Shown: positions 11,766-24,589, numbered from the whole stretch's first letter. The stretch is DNA of 59,234 nucleotides, filler included, from Dugesia japonica (GCA_001938525.1; 5 parts of 5 records of this genome joined end to end with filler, not necessarily neighbours in it); one strand, 5' to 3'. Program-made: numbers and translations. Notes: generated by a model not told the origin, from the letters alone.

Positions 11766-12338
11766 AAGTCAATTCCTAACGAAGAATAAGTCGAAAATTC
11801 GAATTACTATCAAAAACAAAAAAAATTTAATCGAAGCTTTTATTTTAATGAATTCTTAGTAAATCTTGTTCACAGATAAATTGTGTTTTTAGTTATTTAT
11901 TTATAATAATTATTATTCATATTTTAAAATCACCAATATTACAAATAATTAACTTTAATTGATTTTTGGAGTCAACAAATAAAAATTAGGTCTTGTTCCC
12001 ACTAGGATTCTAATAAACATAAAAATAAGAAGTATAATTATAAAGATAAAACCAAACAAAAGAATTTCTTTACGATATACATAATTCTCTAATAAATAAT
12101 TATTCGTGTTTTGGATTTTTATCCAGAGAAACTAAACACAAAACAAAGTAAACAATATCGGTATCGTTACTTAATTTCCATTAACTAAAATTTCATTAAT
12201 TTAGTAATATTATAATATTTTGAAAACGAACTGAATCACAGCAAATACAATAATATTAATAGAAAAGGTAGTAGACAAATAAACAAATGAATAAAAAAGC
12301 ATATCTATGTATGTATGATTGTATGTATATACATATAG

Positions 12339-12438
12339 NNNNNNNNNNNNNNNNNNNNNNNNNNNNNNNNNNNNNNNNNNNNTTAATTAATTAANNNNNN
12401 NNNNNNNNNNNNNNNNNNNNNNNNNNNNNNNNNNNNNN
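12339..12438. other. Artificial contig linker
   Basis: N44-TTAATTAATTAA-N44, a six-frame stop spacer of exactly 100 nt. Confidence 0.97.
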
Positions 12439-12680
12439 TATTAAAAAATCCAAATCATTTATTGCAATTAAATTTTATGGATCAACCGAAATATCTTATT
12501 CCGGGTGTCAGTGTTCAAATTCGAATGAAAAGAGCCAATTCTAGGATGTTTTTAGAATCAGCAAATGATGAACCGAAATATCAATTGTTGGATGCAAAAT
12601 TGATGGTCAGACGAGTACGTNTTGAACTTTCTGTATTAGTCGGACATCAAATTTGATTTAACAAACAAAATGCAATTATC
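12439..12680 (+). pseudogene. Polinton/adintovirus major capsid protein (double jelly-roll), central fragment
   Basis: LQLNFMDQPKYLIPGVSVQIRMKRA...YQLLDAKLMVRRVR.ELSVLVGH...KQNA matches my recollection of the Polinton MCP consensus (Q.KyL.nGV...l.r...dA.L.VRkV....v...H). Confidence 0.75.
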
Positions 12681-12691
12681 AATAAACAATC

Positions 12692-14754
12692 TGCAAAACT
12701 GTACGAAAATATCTCCTTTGACTTGGTAATAATCTAATTTTTAAACTTCTCTGTAGTCAAAGGTGTCGCTTTTAAGGATTTAACAGCAGAGTCTAATGAG
12801 GAATTTATGAATTGATAGTTTTCAATTAATTTAATTGTTGTTTGATTTTGTCGTACAATTAAACAGAAATTTTTCTGTTATTGTTGGGATGCCTGATATT
12901 ACCCAATTCTTGAACTTGTTAATACCATACTTGAGGATATGATGAAGATAAATTCCTCGTAAATTATGAAAGATCACTGCTAGTTGAATTTGCATTTTCT
13001 CCTTAAATGGCATTGGTTACATGCTGCTCCTCTGTATTTTCCTGTGAAATGGTCATGGTCACGAATGGAATCTCTTATTTCCTTCTTTTATAAGTAACAG
13101 AATTTGCAGCTTTGAATTCTTTATCTTGATCCTTTGTTATTATAATTTTCTTTTTTCCCTCTGTTTCATAATAAGGAAACACAATGTTATCGCCTTCCAC
13201 AGCCTTTAAGAAATTGTACACACAGTCATCTCCAATAAACTGTATATATTTTGTTTCGTTGGTAAAATTATTTACCAACAAAAGACCAGCCAAAACAAGT
13301 AAATGTTTCGGAAAATGCTTCTCATCTGGAGGTAAAACTGACTTAAAGTTCGCATATATAACATAAGGTGGTGTTATTGTTTTTGAATAATTCTTAAAAG
13401 TAAGGTTCTTCTCTGATGGTATTCTATACATTGTGAAACCTGTCTGGATTTTTTCGCAAATTAGTTCATGCTTCTCATAAGCTACTCTATTTTTGAATCC
13501 ATTGAGACAGTTAGGACATCATGTTGATTGAATACGAACACCCTGTCTTTTATTACCCCGATTTATTAGTCGATTTAGATTCATTAATGTAGTGTAATGA
13601 CATCTGTTGTTATTTTCCAATAATAACAGATATATTTTCTCCCCATCTATTACTTTCGATCGTTGTATTATGTCTATATTTGGATGTTTAATAATTACTT
13701 CATCATTTTCATCTTCCACTGATTCTTGATTCCACGATAGGATATTGATGGATAGTCCTGGATTATTTTTTTTGAACTTTGGTATATCCTTCAGTTTCAT
13801 CGGCATATCCTCTTCGTTGAATATAAACTCCGACATGTATTTTTTGTATAGTTTACTGCTCGGTTTCTATTTTTTCTCTATTATGCGCTTTTTTGGTAAT
13901 AGCAAGAATACTGTAAATAAAACAGTAATTGTTATTGTTCTTGATGTTAAGAATAGCTTTTTTCTTTTCTAGATCTTTCGGTGTTGGAATATAACTTTTT
14001 CCTGAAAGTCGGCAAATATCTGCAATATTTTGTGATCTTTAAATTAATTTCTAGTATTCGATTCAACATCTAACTAAAGCGTTAATGTTATTTTCTCATT
14101 AAATTGGTAGATGCCATCTTCAAAAAGGTTATCAGACAATACAACAGCTCTATTTGATATTCTACAGATTTTAAACTCGAATTCTTCTCCATCAGCAGTT
14201 GTGGTTATTCTTTTGAACTCGACATGTACCCCAAATCGTATTTTAGCTTGCTTCATTTCTTCTATTGTCTGAAATAATTTTGCAACTATTGCTTCTGGTA
14301 AAATGATTTCACAACAATTCCATCTTAAAACCTTTATTTTAAGTATTCTATGACAACGATGCAAATCCGATTCTATAATAACTCCATCATCTACAGTAAT
14401 CAATATCGATCTGCCAACTTGAATATTTTCCTCTTTTATTTTAATGAACTCATGTAACAAAATATCCTCTTCATTAAGTTCATCAATTATTGCGAAATTG
14501 TTCCAATCATCTGATTTAATATTGATTGCATCTTCTTCTTGTACAATATTTGCTGTTTCCTCTGCTTTCGGTTTCAAATTTTTGATTTCTTCAACGTCAT
14601 CTTCAATAGCAACTATTTCAATGGGTTCATCCTTAACTGTTATTTCTTCCAACTTAATTCTTTTATTTACTGGTGATTCATAAAACTCACTATTCATGTG
14701 CATTACTAATATTGATTTTAATATAAATTTTTTACTTGTAGTAAAACATGACAA
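12692..14754 (-). pseudogene. Polinton protein-primed DNA polymerase B, N-terminal/exonuclease half, disrupted and truncated
   Basis: KAILNIKNNDNYCFIYSILA; IPKFKKNNPGLSINI; CPNCLNGF..HELIC; PYVIYANFKS (ExoI YADFE); RDHDHFTGKYRGAACNQC; VIFHNLRG (ExoII); ends near the KGIFPY-like SKEIFSY. Confidence 0.9.
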
Positions 14755-15486
14755 GTGTTTCTTATGTGTCCTTTAAAAACTTAAGTAGTCACCTAAATCT
14801 AATACATTTCAATTAGGACACACAAAATAATTTTTTCAATAAAAACATTGGCCTTCCATGATACTATGACAGTTACCATTGTGGCGCGCACTAGCGCAAT
14901 GGTTGATGTATAATTGACACTGCCCTAAAATAATTATGCGATTTTAATACTAGCTTAATAAAATAATGATTTTAATAATAATTTTATTAACATTTTTTCT
15001 TTTAAAAGAAACATGAAAAGCATAGAATCTTATCATAAAAAAACATATTGGCTACGAACTTTTCTTAACAAAATGATAAAAGCATAGAACTTTTAATTAA
15101 ACATAGAACATTTCTTCTTCATAATAACATAGAGCATATAACATTTCTTCTTCTTATTCATAATAAAATAGCATAATAGTAGTTTTTTTTAGAAACAAAT
15201 GTTACTAAAATATTACTTATAAAATTTAACTTATAAAAACATATTAAAAAACATAATAAAATCAAAACAAACTAACGTGAATCTGCATTCGCGAACATCC
15301 ACGATCCTTCTATTTTTTGTATTTTGTCTTGATTTATTTCACTAATATTTGATTTCTAAATTATAAAATTAATTTATTAATAATAAGTAATAACAATCTT
15401 ANGGTATTCATAGGTGATATGAACCTTCTTTGATTTTGTTACTTACAAATATTTTATAAATAAATGTTGTTATTTTATTCTTTTTA

Positions 15487-15612
15487 TAAGTCAAATCTTT
15501 ACCGTTCTTATCAACCATCTTCACTTTAATATAAAATAAAGTATTATTCAAATCCAAATATTCTGTTTGAGATCCATTTATAAAAATTCTCTAAATCGCT
15601 TTGTGATTCAGA
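15487..15612 (-). pseudogene. Polinton major capsid protein N-terminal fragment
   Basis: FINGSQTEYLDLNNTLFYIKVKMVDKNG matches the MCP N-terminal F.I.G...EYlDL..t.lyvk.k motif. Confidence 0.65.
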
Positions 15613-16555
15613 GGGTTACTTTATAAATAATACAAGGTAACTATGCAAATAATACGCTTGAAAACCTTAGATTACACTGTTAATAAGTAAAAATTATACT
15701 CATAAACCCTATAATACAGGGTTAATATGTAAATAATACATTAATGATTCTTATAATACACGGTTATTATGCAAATAATACAAGGTAACTATGCAAAAAT
15801 TGCAACACTGATGAGATTTTTTATTAAAAATTGCAACGCCAATGGGATTTTCTATTTAAAATTGCATTTAAAATTAAATTTTCTATTAAAAAATTGCTAA
15901 TATGTTTTTTATAGAAAATTGTCACTAGTGTTAGTAAACAGAAAAATAAATTATAAAAAAAAATCTAAATATACAATAATGTTTTTAAAAAAAAATGTTT
16001 TATTATATTTCTTAAAATTTCATTCTTAAAATTTGTATTAATAAAGTATTAAATAAATATAAACAAAAATATTTGATTGTTTAAATATCTTAATTTAAAT
16101 AAAAATCAAGATGTAAATAAATCTAAAGTGCATGTGTGTAAATGAATATTTGGAAATCCAAATGTTGTATAGGAAATGAAACTTCTTCCATGTGTTTATG
16201 TATTATTAAATTTATATAGTAATCAATGGAGTTTTGGGAAATCCAAAAAAATAATTGTGTGTATTGATATATTTTCCTCTGAACAAGTTGGTGTGTATTT
16301 TATTGCTGAAAAATCAGTATAAATACAGATAGAAAGTCAGTTGTCTTGCACAATTATTAAATATAAAATTTTATGTAAAAATTGGCAGATTTGCCGAAGA
16401 TTTATGTNNNNNNNNNNNNNNNNNNNNNNNNNNNNNNNTCAGTTGGATCAAATTCAATTACAGTAATTATTATTTATTTGAAGAATTAATTAACAGAGAC
16501 GCACCTTATTGAACCCAGTCAGATATTTAATTATATTCAACTTGAATAGAGCTCA

Positions 16556-16581
16556 AGTGTCGGGTTTACCCCGACACTAGT
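16556..16581 (+). mobile_element. Helitron-like 3' end (hairpin plus CTAG|T); duplicated at about 16852-16877
   Basis: AGTGTCGGG-TTTAC-CCCGACACT 9-bp stem running into CTAGT. The usual spacer between hairpin and CTAG is missing. Confidence 0.35.
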
Positions 16582-17019
16582 AATATGTTNNNNNNNNNNN
16601 NNNNNNNNNNNNNNNNNNNNNNNNNNNNNNNNNNNNNNNTCTTGCACAATTATTAAATATAAAATTTTATGTAAAAATTGGCAGATTTGCCGAAGATTTA
16701 TGTTAAGATTATTTTGATCATTTATAAAATTTACTCAGTTGGATCAAATTCAATTACAGTAATTATTATTTATTTGAAGAATTAATTAACAGAGACGCAC
16801 CTTATTGAACNCAGTCAGATATTTAATTATATTCAACTTGAATAGAGCTCAAGTGTCGGGTTTACCCCGACACTAGTAATATGTTTTATTTGAATATTTT
16901 ATCATGTAAATATTCTCTCTTTGAAGTTTTTTGGATAGATATATTTGAGAATATAGAAATATCTTAAAGATTCCCCTCTTTGAGTATTTTATCGTGTTAA
17001 TTAATTTTATTTAAATTAT

Positions 17020-18333
17020 AGACTGCCCAATATCTTGCAATAATATCAAAAAATATCAAGACTGCTCAATATCATACATAAATATAAAGACTACCTCAAT
17101 GTTTTAATAATAAATGAAATAGGCATGCAATTAGTTTGCAATAGTGAATCAACACAGCTGCAACACACATTCACTAGAAATCATGAGCCAAAAATAATGT
17201 TTTTTAAATATCCTACCAAAATATTTCTTTTTGAATTTCCCGCGAAAAATAAATGCGATAGGTATGCAATATGAATGCAATACAGGAACACGTGTCTGGG
17301 AATTTCAATAAATGCAATAGGCATGCAACTCAGATGCAATACAACAACACATGTCTGGGAATTTTAATAAATGCCATAGGTATGCAACTCAGATGCAATA
17401 CAGAGTCTGGGAATACATGTCTGGGAATTTTAATAAATGCAATAGGTATGCAATACGGATGCTATGGGGATGTAACACAGCATCACGTGTTTGGGAACGG
17501 ACTCAAATTGGATGCTGAAGACCTTGATGGATTCGGTTTGTCGGATTGTACATGTCGGAAGAGGCAATGTACTGGTATCGAAGGAAAACAAGACTGTTTC
17601 TGAAATAATGCATGAAAATAATTAATAAAAATTTATTTAAACTAATTAACTTATAAAAAATTAATTAATGTATTATTCTTTAAATACCTTTGAACATATA
17701 TATTTAGACTGCCCCATCTCATGCAAAATATAGAGACTGCTCTATAACCTGCAAAAATTAAGACTGCCCCGTACCATGTATAATATCAAGAATGCTCCAT
17801 ACCATGTAAAATATCAAGACTGCCCCATACCATGTAAAATATCAAGACTGCCCCATACCTTGCCTCATACCTTTATCACGTTTGCTGAATCCCATGAAAA
17901 ATATCAAGACTTACCAAAAAAAGCATTAATTAAAACAAAAAAGTTCATTAATTAAAAAAAATCAATTTAACCCTCCAGGATCAAAAATTTCTTCTCAAGA
18001 TCAAAAAAAATTTGATCTGATCACCTCCCTCATATATTGAGTGACAACCAGTAGACAATTTATAGATCACTTAAACTTCGAGTGATCTACTAAAAAATTT
18101 CTAGATCACTCAAAAGTCGAGTGATCTACTAAAACATCCTAGATCACTCAAAATCCACTAGATTTACTCGAAATATTTCATAGATCCCCCAAAAAATCAC
18201 AAAAATCCCTAAAAAATCGCAAAAAATCACCAAAAATCCGAGTGAAAAAAAATCATAGATCACTCAAACCGCGCTCAAAATTCATAAATCACCTACCCCC
18301 CCCCCGGTTGATCGAGTGTGCTACTATCTACCT
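17020..18333. mobile_element. Polinton terminal region with subterminal tandem repeats
   Basis: Arrays of ATGCAATAGG(T/C)ATGCAA (17250-17460), ATATCAAGACTGCCCCATACC (17700-17870) and TAGATCACTCAAA (18060-18270), a C-run, then ...CTACTATCTACCT (AGGTAGATAGTAG reading inward). Same contig as pPolB/MCP. Confidence 0.6.
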
Positions 18334-19112
18334 GCTAGTGACGACAACAAATAAAGAGAAGACAAAGAGATTAGAAGCTACAAATTTGTTTGAAGTCATA
18401 TTCACAGATACATGTGTGCCAATGCGGTAAACAATTGGACAAAAAAAATACATTCCTGAAATAATCGAACAGTACAGTAAATATCTGGTTCTTATACCAT
18501 TGCCTAGACAAGACGCGGAAACAATACGAAAAGCTATTTTTGAAATGTGGATATTGAGATTTGGATGTCCAAGAGAAATATGACTCGATTGTGGAAAAGC
18601 TTTTGAATCCAAAATTATGAGAGAGTTTGCACTGAAGTTAGATACTAAACTTTGCTTTTCGAGTCTCTATCATCAAACTTATAAATTGAAAGACAGTTCA
18701 GGACAATTCGATATTTGATTAATGCAACACTTCAGCAAAGAAAGTCAACAGATTGGGCAGATCTTTTAGCAGAAATAGAATTTACAATGAACGCAACAAA
18801 GCAGAAGACAACTGAAAAGTGCTCAACTGAAATCTTATTTGGAAAGAAAATCAGCAGATAAAATTGGTATGAGTCAGACGTTTCAGATAGAACTAAAGAA
18901 AACACTTCAGATGTGATTACTAAAAGAGAATTCAAAGTGGGCGATATGGTACTCATCAAGGTAGAAACAAGAAATAAAAGTCAAGATAGATTTGAAGGAC
19001 CTTATTGAATAATTGAGAGAATTCATGAAAGGCGGTATGTGGTACAAGGAGAAAATGGACAGCGATTAGAAAGTAATGTAGAAAAACCTATAAGTTTCTT
19101 AAGAAGGGGGAT
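18334..19112 (+). pseudogene. Gypsy integrase (core plus GPY/F) with polypurine tract
   Basis: YSKYLVLIPL..WILRFGCPREI*LDCGKAFES..IERQFRTI..DWADLLAEIEFTMNAT..EILFG..FKVGDMVL..RFEGPY; PPT AAGAAGGGGG at 19101. Confidence 0.9.
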
Positions 19113-19179
19113 ATAAGGAAATAATTATTATTTAATATTTTGGAAAATGAATAACCAATTGAAGAATTACCTAAAAATG

Positions 19180-19181
<2 letters not shown>

Positions 19182-19245
<64 letters not shown>

Positions 19246-19295
19246 NNNNNNNNNNNNNNNNNNNNNNNNNNNNNNNNNNNNNNNNNNNNNNNNNN

Positions 19296-19359
<64 letters not shown>
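19182..19359. repeat. (TTA)n microsatellite spanning a gap
   Basis: Direct inspection. Confidence 0.95.
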
Positions 19360-19361
<2 letters not shown>

Positions 19362-19564
19362 AATATTAACAAAATTTAAATATTTTCAAAATTACGAAAA
19401 AAAAACTAAGGCGTAGATCAAAAAAGTTTCAAAAAAGTGTTTACTAAAGTAAAAAAAACTTTTTCAAAAAACGTTTTTTATTTTTTCTAAATTTTAGATT
19501 TTATCTTCTTCAGGAATTATGATTGATTTATTCAATTTGAAGTTTAATATCAATTTTTTTAAAA

Positions 19565-19920
19565 TTAAATCTTATTATCCCGATTTTTATTGGATAATAT
19601 TATTAAAATTATATTAATATCTGGTTTAAATTTTTTGATTAAATTTTCTTGGTGTTTTTTTCTATGGAATGCTGATATATAGTAGGAATCTATTATTTTC
19701 CATTTTATAATATTGTAGTCAGCATGAATATTATGATCGTGTATGAAATGTTTATACACTTCACTCTCGCTCTGTTTGATATGTTCTTTGATTCTGGTTC
19801 TGATTGTTATAAAGGTTTCACCTATGTATGATTTGCTGCATATGGTACAAGTAATTTCATAAGTTACATTTTTTATTACATATTTACCTGCTATTACATA
19901 TGCATTTTGGCCATGTGATC
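19565..19920 (-). pseudogene. Penelope-like GIY-YIG endonuclease
   Basis: KNVTYEITCTICSKSYIGETFITIRTRIKEH...VYKHF...ENLIKKFKPDIN. Confidence 0.85.
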
Positions 19921-20018
19921 TTTGATTTGTAAATAATATTCTACATCAATTGACTACATTTTTCATTGATATATGGTAGTTTAATTATTGTATTTGTTTC
20001 TTTTCTATTCTTCTTTTC

Positions 20019-20020
<2 letters not shown>

Positions 20021-20049
<29 letters not shown>

Positions 20050-20142
20050 GTTATTATTATTATTATTATTATCATTATTATTATTATTATTANNNNNNNN
20101 NNNNNNNNNNNNNNNNNNNNNNNNNNNNNNNNNNNNNNNNNN

Positions 20143-20196
<54 letters not shown>

Positions 20197-20208
20197 CATT
20201 ATTATTAT
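20021..20208. repeat. (TTA)n microsatellite spanning a gap
   Basis: Direct inspection. Confidence 0.95.
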
Positions 20209-20650
20209 TGTGAGTATGTTTTGAAAAGCGAGTTGAAATTTTTGTGTGGTTGGTGATCGTTTTCTTGAAATCTTTATTGAAAAAGATTACAATTGAAATA
20301 AAAATTAAATGACAAATAAGCAATTGTTTTAAATTTTGAAATTACTTTTTAATAAATAAATTGAAAATTTTTTTTAAAATCTGAATAAAAAATCAAATGA
20401 CTTTAAAAAGATTTTAAAAGATTTTAAGAAACGATCACCAATTTAAAAAAGGAATTTAATTTGTTATAAGCACAATTAGTGTGGTTATAGTTTTTTAATA
20501 AATTTATGGAGTTGGATTTTGATGTTGATAATCTTATGAGTTTTCAAAACTCATCTAACATGGTGACAGCGGAAAAAACCGATATCAAAGTACAAGATTT
20601 GTCTATAGCTTAAGAAAAACAAAGACAATGTCGAGTCAATAAAGATCAAA
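20209..20650 (+). mobile_element. Gypsy LTR-like repeat plus start of gag (MELDFDVDNLMSFQNS)
   Basis: Starts TGTGAGTATGTTTTGAAAAGC; homologous to the 40930-41475 (minus) segment that leads into gag-pol. Confidence 0.6.
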
Positions 20651-20914
20651 ATAATGATAATTTTTATGTATATTTTAAAAAATATTAACTATTAGTTTAG
20701 ATTTGGTCTGTCAAATAAAAATTGCAATGGATCACTAAGTTTTATGGTTAAGAATAAAACATCAATTTTTTTATCAAAATCTTGTATTTTTATTATTTTT
20801 ACTAAACATTTTATTACCTTTCTTTATTTATGTAGATAATTTAAATGTTATATCAGGGTAATTTAATTCAATATTTTCAATCATTTTTTCTATTACCAAA
20901 TTCAAATTCATGGT

Positions 20915-21075
20915 TGTGAGTGTGTTTTGAAAAGCAAGTTGAATTTTTTGTGTGATTCGTGATCTTATTTTTAAAGACTTTTGTTTAAAAGAGAGATTTA
21001 AATAATTGATGAAGAATTTAAATAAACAAATATTTTGTTTAAGAATAAATTAAAATTATTGAATAATAAGGAATA
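20915..21075 (+). repeat. Partial LTR-like repeat, same family
   Basis: Close match to the reverse complement of 41330-41475. Confidence 0.65.
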
Positions 21076-21086
21076 ATAACTTTCTA

Positions 21087-21770
21087 GTATATTTAATGGT
21101 TATATGAGATTAAAAATTATTTTTCATGTGATTTTGAGTGATTGTGTGTTAGTTTTTAGGTTGCATCTGAGTTGCATCCCTATTTCAATAATTAATATTT
21201 TTACATTTTATTATGTACTACTTATAAAATTAAAAGAATTTTACACTAGTAAACTTTTATTTTTACAAAATTTTAATTTTTCTTCTTCTCCTTCATCAGT
21301 TATCTGTTCCTTTATGTTGCCCTTCATTGGTTCTATATAGTTTTTTGACCAATTTAAAACCAATAAAATTGTATACATACACATAAAATCATAAGTAAAT
21401 AAAAAGAAAGTTTAAATTTTACAATTTTTTTTTAAAAATGACAGACTTGTAAAAAACTTCGTGCCGACAATTTGAAATGATGAAAGCAAGTGAGATATCC
21501 AAATCCATGTCATTTCAAAGTCAAAAGGGACAAGTTTACAATTATATTTTTCAGATCAAGAAAATATACTATAATAGATTGTAAAAAAAATGTTTATTAC
21601 TGTAAAATCCTTTTAATTTTAGAAGTGGTACATAAAAAAATGTTAAAATATTAATTATTGCAATAGGAGTGCAGCTCAGATGCAACCCATAAGCAACACG
21701 CAATCACTCAAAATCACATGTCAAATTATTTTTAATAATTTTTATTCTAATAAAAACATTAAATATACTT
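21087..21770. mobile_element. Foldback/MITE-like element with about 190-bp inverted arms
   Basis: CATGTGATTTTGAGTGATTG...GGTTGCATCTGAG (21125-21175) is inverted at 21675-21720; arms extend about 21087-21275 and 21580-21770. Confidence 0.75.
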
Positions 21771-22224
21771 GAAACTCATTTTTGCAACACAAAAGCTGCA
21801 TTCATGCAAAACACACACACATTTAAGCTCATAATTACCTTTGGCAACCTATAGGCCGAATTTGATAGCAAACTTAAATATACTATCAAAACCCGAAAAT
21901 TATCACTCATTCTGTCATGATTTTCATTTAAAAAAATATACATTTTTATACTCAATACACTATCACATCCAAATTACTAAATCTTTACATTTATACATGT
22001 CCCCTATATTCGGCTTTCATTCCAACTAAAAATCATGCAAATCCATCTAAAAATCGCAACACTAGACCCATTAAACCGAAATTTTATAACACATAAAGTT
22101 TTCACTCAGACTTATTTCTACCTCTGCAGATTCAGAGTGGGCAATGATAAAGTGACATACATATCACTTGAAGTTGATTTCTCGTTAACATTAAATACGA
22201 AACCAACAAATAAAATCGGATCAC

Positions 22225-22668
22225 ACTCAATTATTTATTATTTATCTTCCCATAGCGATTCAAGTTTTACAATGATTGGCACTAGCTGCGGTTCATACTC
22301 CGTCGCATCCTCGGATGTCATTGTCAACAACTGGTCCTCAAGCTGACACCAACAGAACTCCCTGTTCTATTCGCAGCTGGATTAAGGGGTTGACCGTTCA
22401 TTTGATCATCTGGAGCTCTTATTGGAGCTGCGACTTCTCCTGTTGACAGATCTGCAGTGAAGCTTGCATAACTGCCAATTGATCCTTAATGGTCCGAAAT
22501 TTCTCCACCAGTTTTCCGCCCTTGAACAACATCGATGTATACTCTTTCTCGTAATTTTCTCTTTGGTCGTAATACCACTGCACAACGCGACGGAATCCAG
22601 AATGTGTCTACTTCACCGGCGTTGGATAACACGAGCGGAATGTCGAGTCAATAATATTCTGTCATTCC
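22225..22668 (-). pseudogene. Degenerate coiled-coil ORF of the minus-strand cassette cluster
   Basis: VVQWYYDQRENYEKEY...KDQLAVMQASLQICQQEKSQLQ*ELQMIK; acceptor CACAG|GAATG upstream; relatively GC-rich island. Confidence 0.4.
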
Positions 22669-23455
22669 TGTGATAAATATATTTAATAGGCTTTCAAATA
22701 AATATATAAGAATACAACAAAATTTAGGATCTAGTTTTACGACTCTTCAACCTGTGGCCTCATATAGCTTCGTCCCCGCTTCTAACATGCGAACCAGAGA
22801 AGATCTCAATCCAAAACCAACATCTTCTCTCGTTCCCATATTTGGGGAATGTTTCTTCCCCTACCAACTTTATCTCGCACACCAACTTTGAACTGACTTT
22901 CTCCTCATCTGTTACCTCGTGTGACCTCTGATAGTTACTGAAGAAAAGTCCTTGTCTAGCAGGAAAGGATTCAGCTATTCTGATGATTATTTTTAATTTA
23001 TTTTTCATCAGCTAGACAAGGACAGATGACTGGACGAGCATCAATTAAAATAATAATTAATATTAAACGATATTTAGCGTTATTTATAGTAATAAAATAG
23101 AGTCGTAGAGACCCCTTTAATAAATTATTATAGTATGGTATTTTATTTTTATTTATTTCACTAATCATTCGATTATCATTCACACTCTAGTCAGAAAGTT
23201 CCCTCAAGCAAGATTCTGATAGGTCATAAAATAAACACAGATAAGAAATAAGAAGAAAAATAACAAAATTTAAAATACATTATTTCAATCAAATATAATA
23301 AATACACATGCAGAATTAAAAATCAATTTTCATCACTGGATCAATTTTAGGTTCACTATTTAAATCATTACTGTCATTATAAATAACCTGATCACTTTAA
23401 TGTAATAAGAATGTCGAATTCACCGCAACATAGGATCACAAAACAATCATACAGT

Positions 23456-23655
23456 CTAGTAGTTTGGGATCTTTCCTTGATTGACAGATTGGATTCGGAG
23501 GACACTTTCGGCTTGAAAACAGCAAATTTGACTCGGGATAGATTGGTAGCATAGAATTGCAGACACACTGAGATGGTCAAATGGGCAGCATAGAACTGTC
23601 AGAGAACATTTGGCGATATACACTGTCATAGTCATCAAGATAAATAGTTTTCCCA
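23456..23655 (-). CDS. Small Cys-containing protein with hydrophobic N-terminus; cassette starting AG|TG
   Basis: TTCAG|TG GGA AAA gives (M)GKLFILMTMTVYIAKCSLTVLCCPFD...ICCFQ (66 aa). Confidence 0.35.
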
Positions 23656-23710
23656 CTGAATAATATATACATAGTCTATACGCAGCAGAGAACTGCTCGA
23701 CACGAAAAAT

Positions 23711-24589
23711 TTATCGGCCCCAGAACAGATCCTCTTCGGATGCTGAATATGGCCCTTGATTAGATTGACTTGGATTGGGGAATTGACTGGAAGATTGAGA
23801 CAGTTGGTCTTTCCTTTTATGATTCACTCTTTGGTCTAATAAGCTGATTTGTGGGGCTACTGGTCGCCCATTGGTTTTATAGGTATAAAAAGTCTGTTCT
23901 CGATTTGTAGTTTTAATTTGACCTGGAGGGATTACCACTCGAATAGGAGTTTCCTTTAAAAGAACATTCTCATCGTGCAGATGCTTTACGGCATTTTCTA
24001 AATTTTGAATTTCAATGATATCTTGTTCTCTTTGCAATTGTTGGTTTCTACTTTCTTTTATTAATTGATCAATCTCTTCTTGCAATTTATTCGTCTTCTC
24101 TTGGTGGGTTCGTTGATTCACAATTCTGATTTCGTCATTATTTTCCATGGTTTTCTCGAGCATTTTTATTTTCTAGCTCTGCCACTTAATCTCTGTTTCC
24201 AATTCTTTGGCCTGATCAAGATGTCTTTTTCACATGAATGACAATTCCGATTGTAGTTGATGTATTTTCTCTTCTTTGGCTAAACATGCCTTTTCCCACT
24301 GAGCTCGGAATTGTTCTATTTCATCAAATCGTTCATCGTGGCCTTGGGGTTTCAACGTGGATTGTTTCAACTTGATCTCCAACTTCTCAAAGTGATTCTC
24401 TAATTCAAGTATCTTTGACTGTAATCTCGGTGACTCACCGCCGCGTAGCTATTCATTCGTTTTATTGTCATGGGTTTTCGATTCGTAATATAGACGGGAG
24501 TTGTCATTGTTGATGGACTTACTTTTCTCAAAATACCTTTTGATCGCCACTCGTTGTCGACTCATACTATTCTGATATCTGGATGCCAT
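23711..24589 (-). pseudogene. Coiled-coil protein, about 292 aa, three in-frame stops
   Basis: Single frame from MASRYQNSMSRQRVAIKRYL to ...EEDLFWGR*, with no frameshift; heptad-rich E/K/Q/L; AG|AGAATG upstream. Confidence 0.65.

Noticed and set aside
14880-14892. E2F-like TGGCGCGC upstream of pPolB
   Set aside because: Single short motif with no second copy to compare.
16344-16888. About 250-bp direct duplication around an N gap
   Set aside because: Identical copies on either side of a gap are a typical scaffold overlap artefact.
17271-17603. 110-aa repetitive ORF and CRISPR-like periodicity nearby
   Set aside because: Degenerate tandem subterminal repeats without unique spacers; eukaryotic context, no cas genes.
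19088-20323. Poly-I/N/Y/L ORFs in the ORF track
   Set aside because: Translations of (TTA)n microsatellites and N runs.
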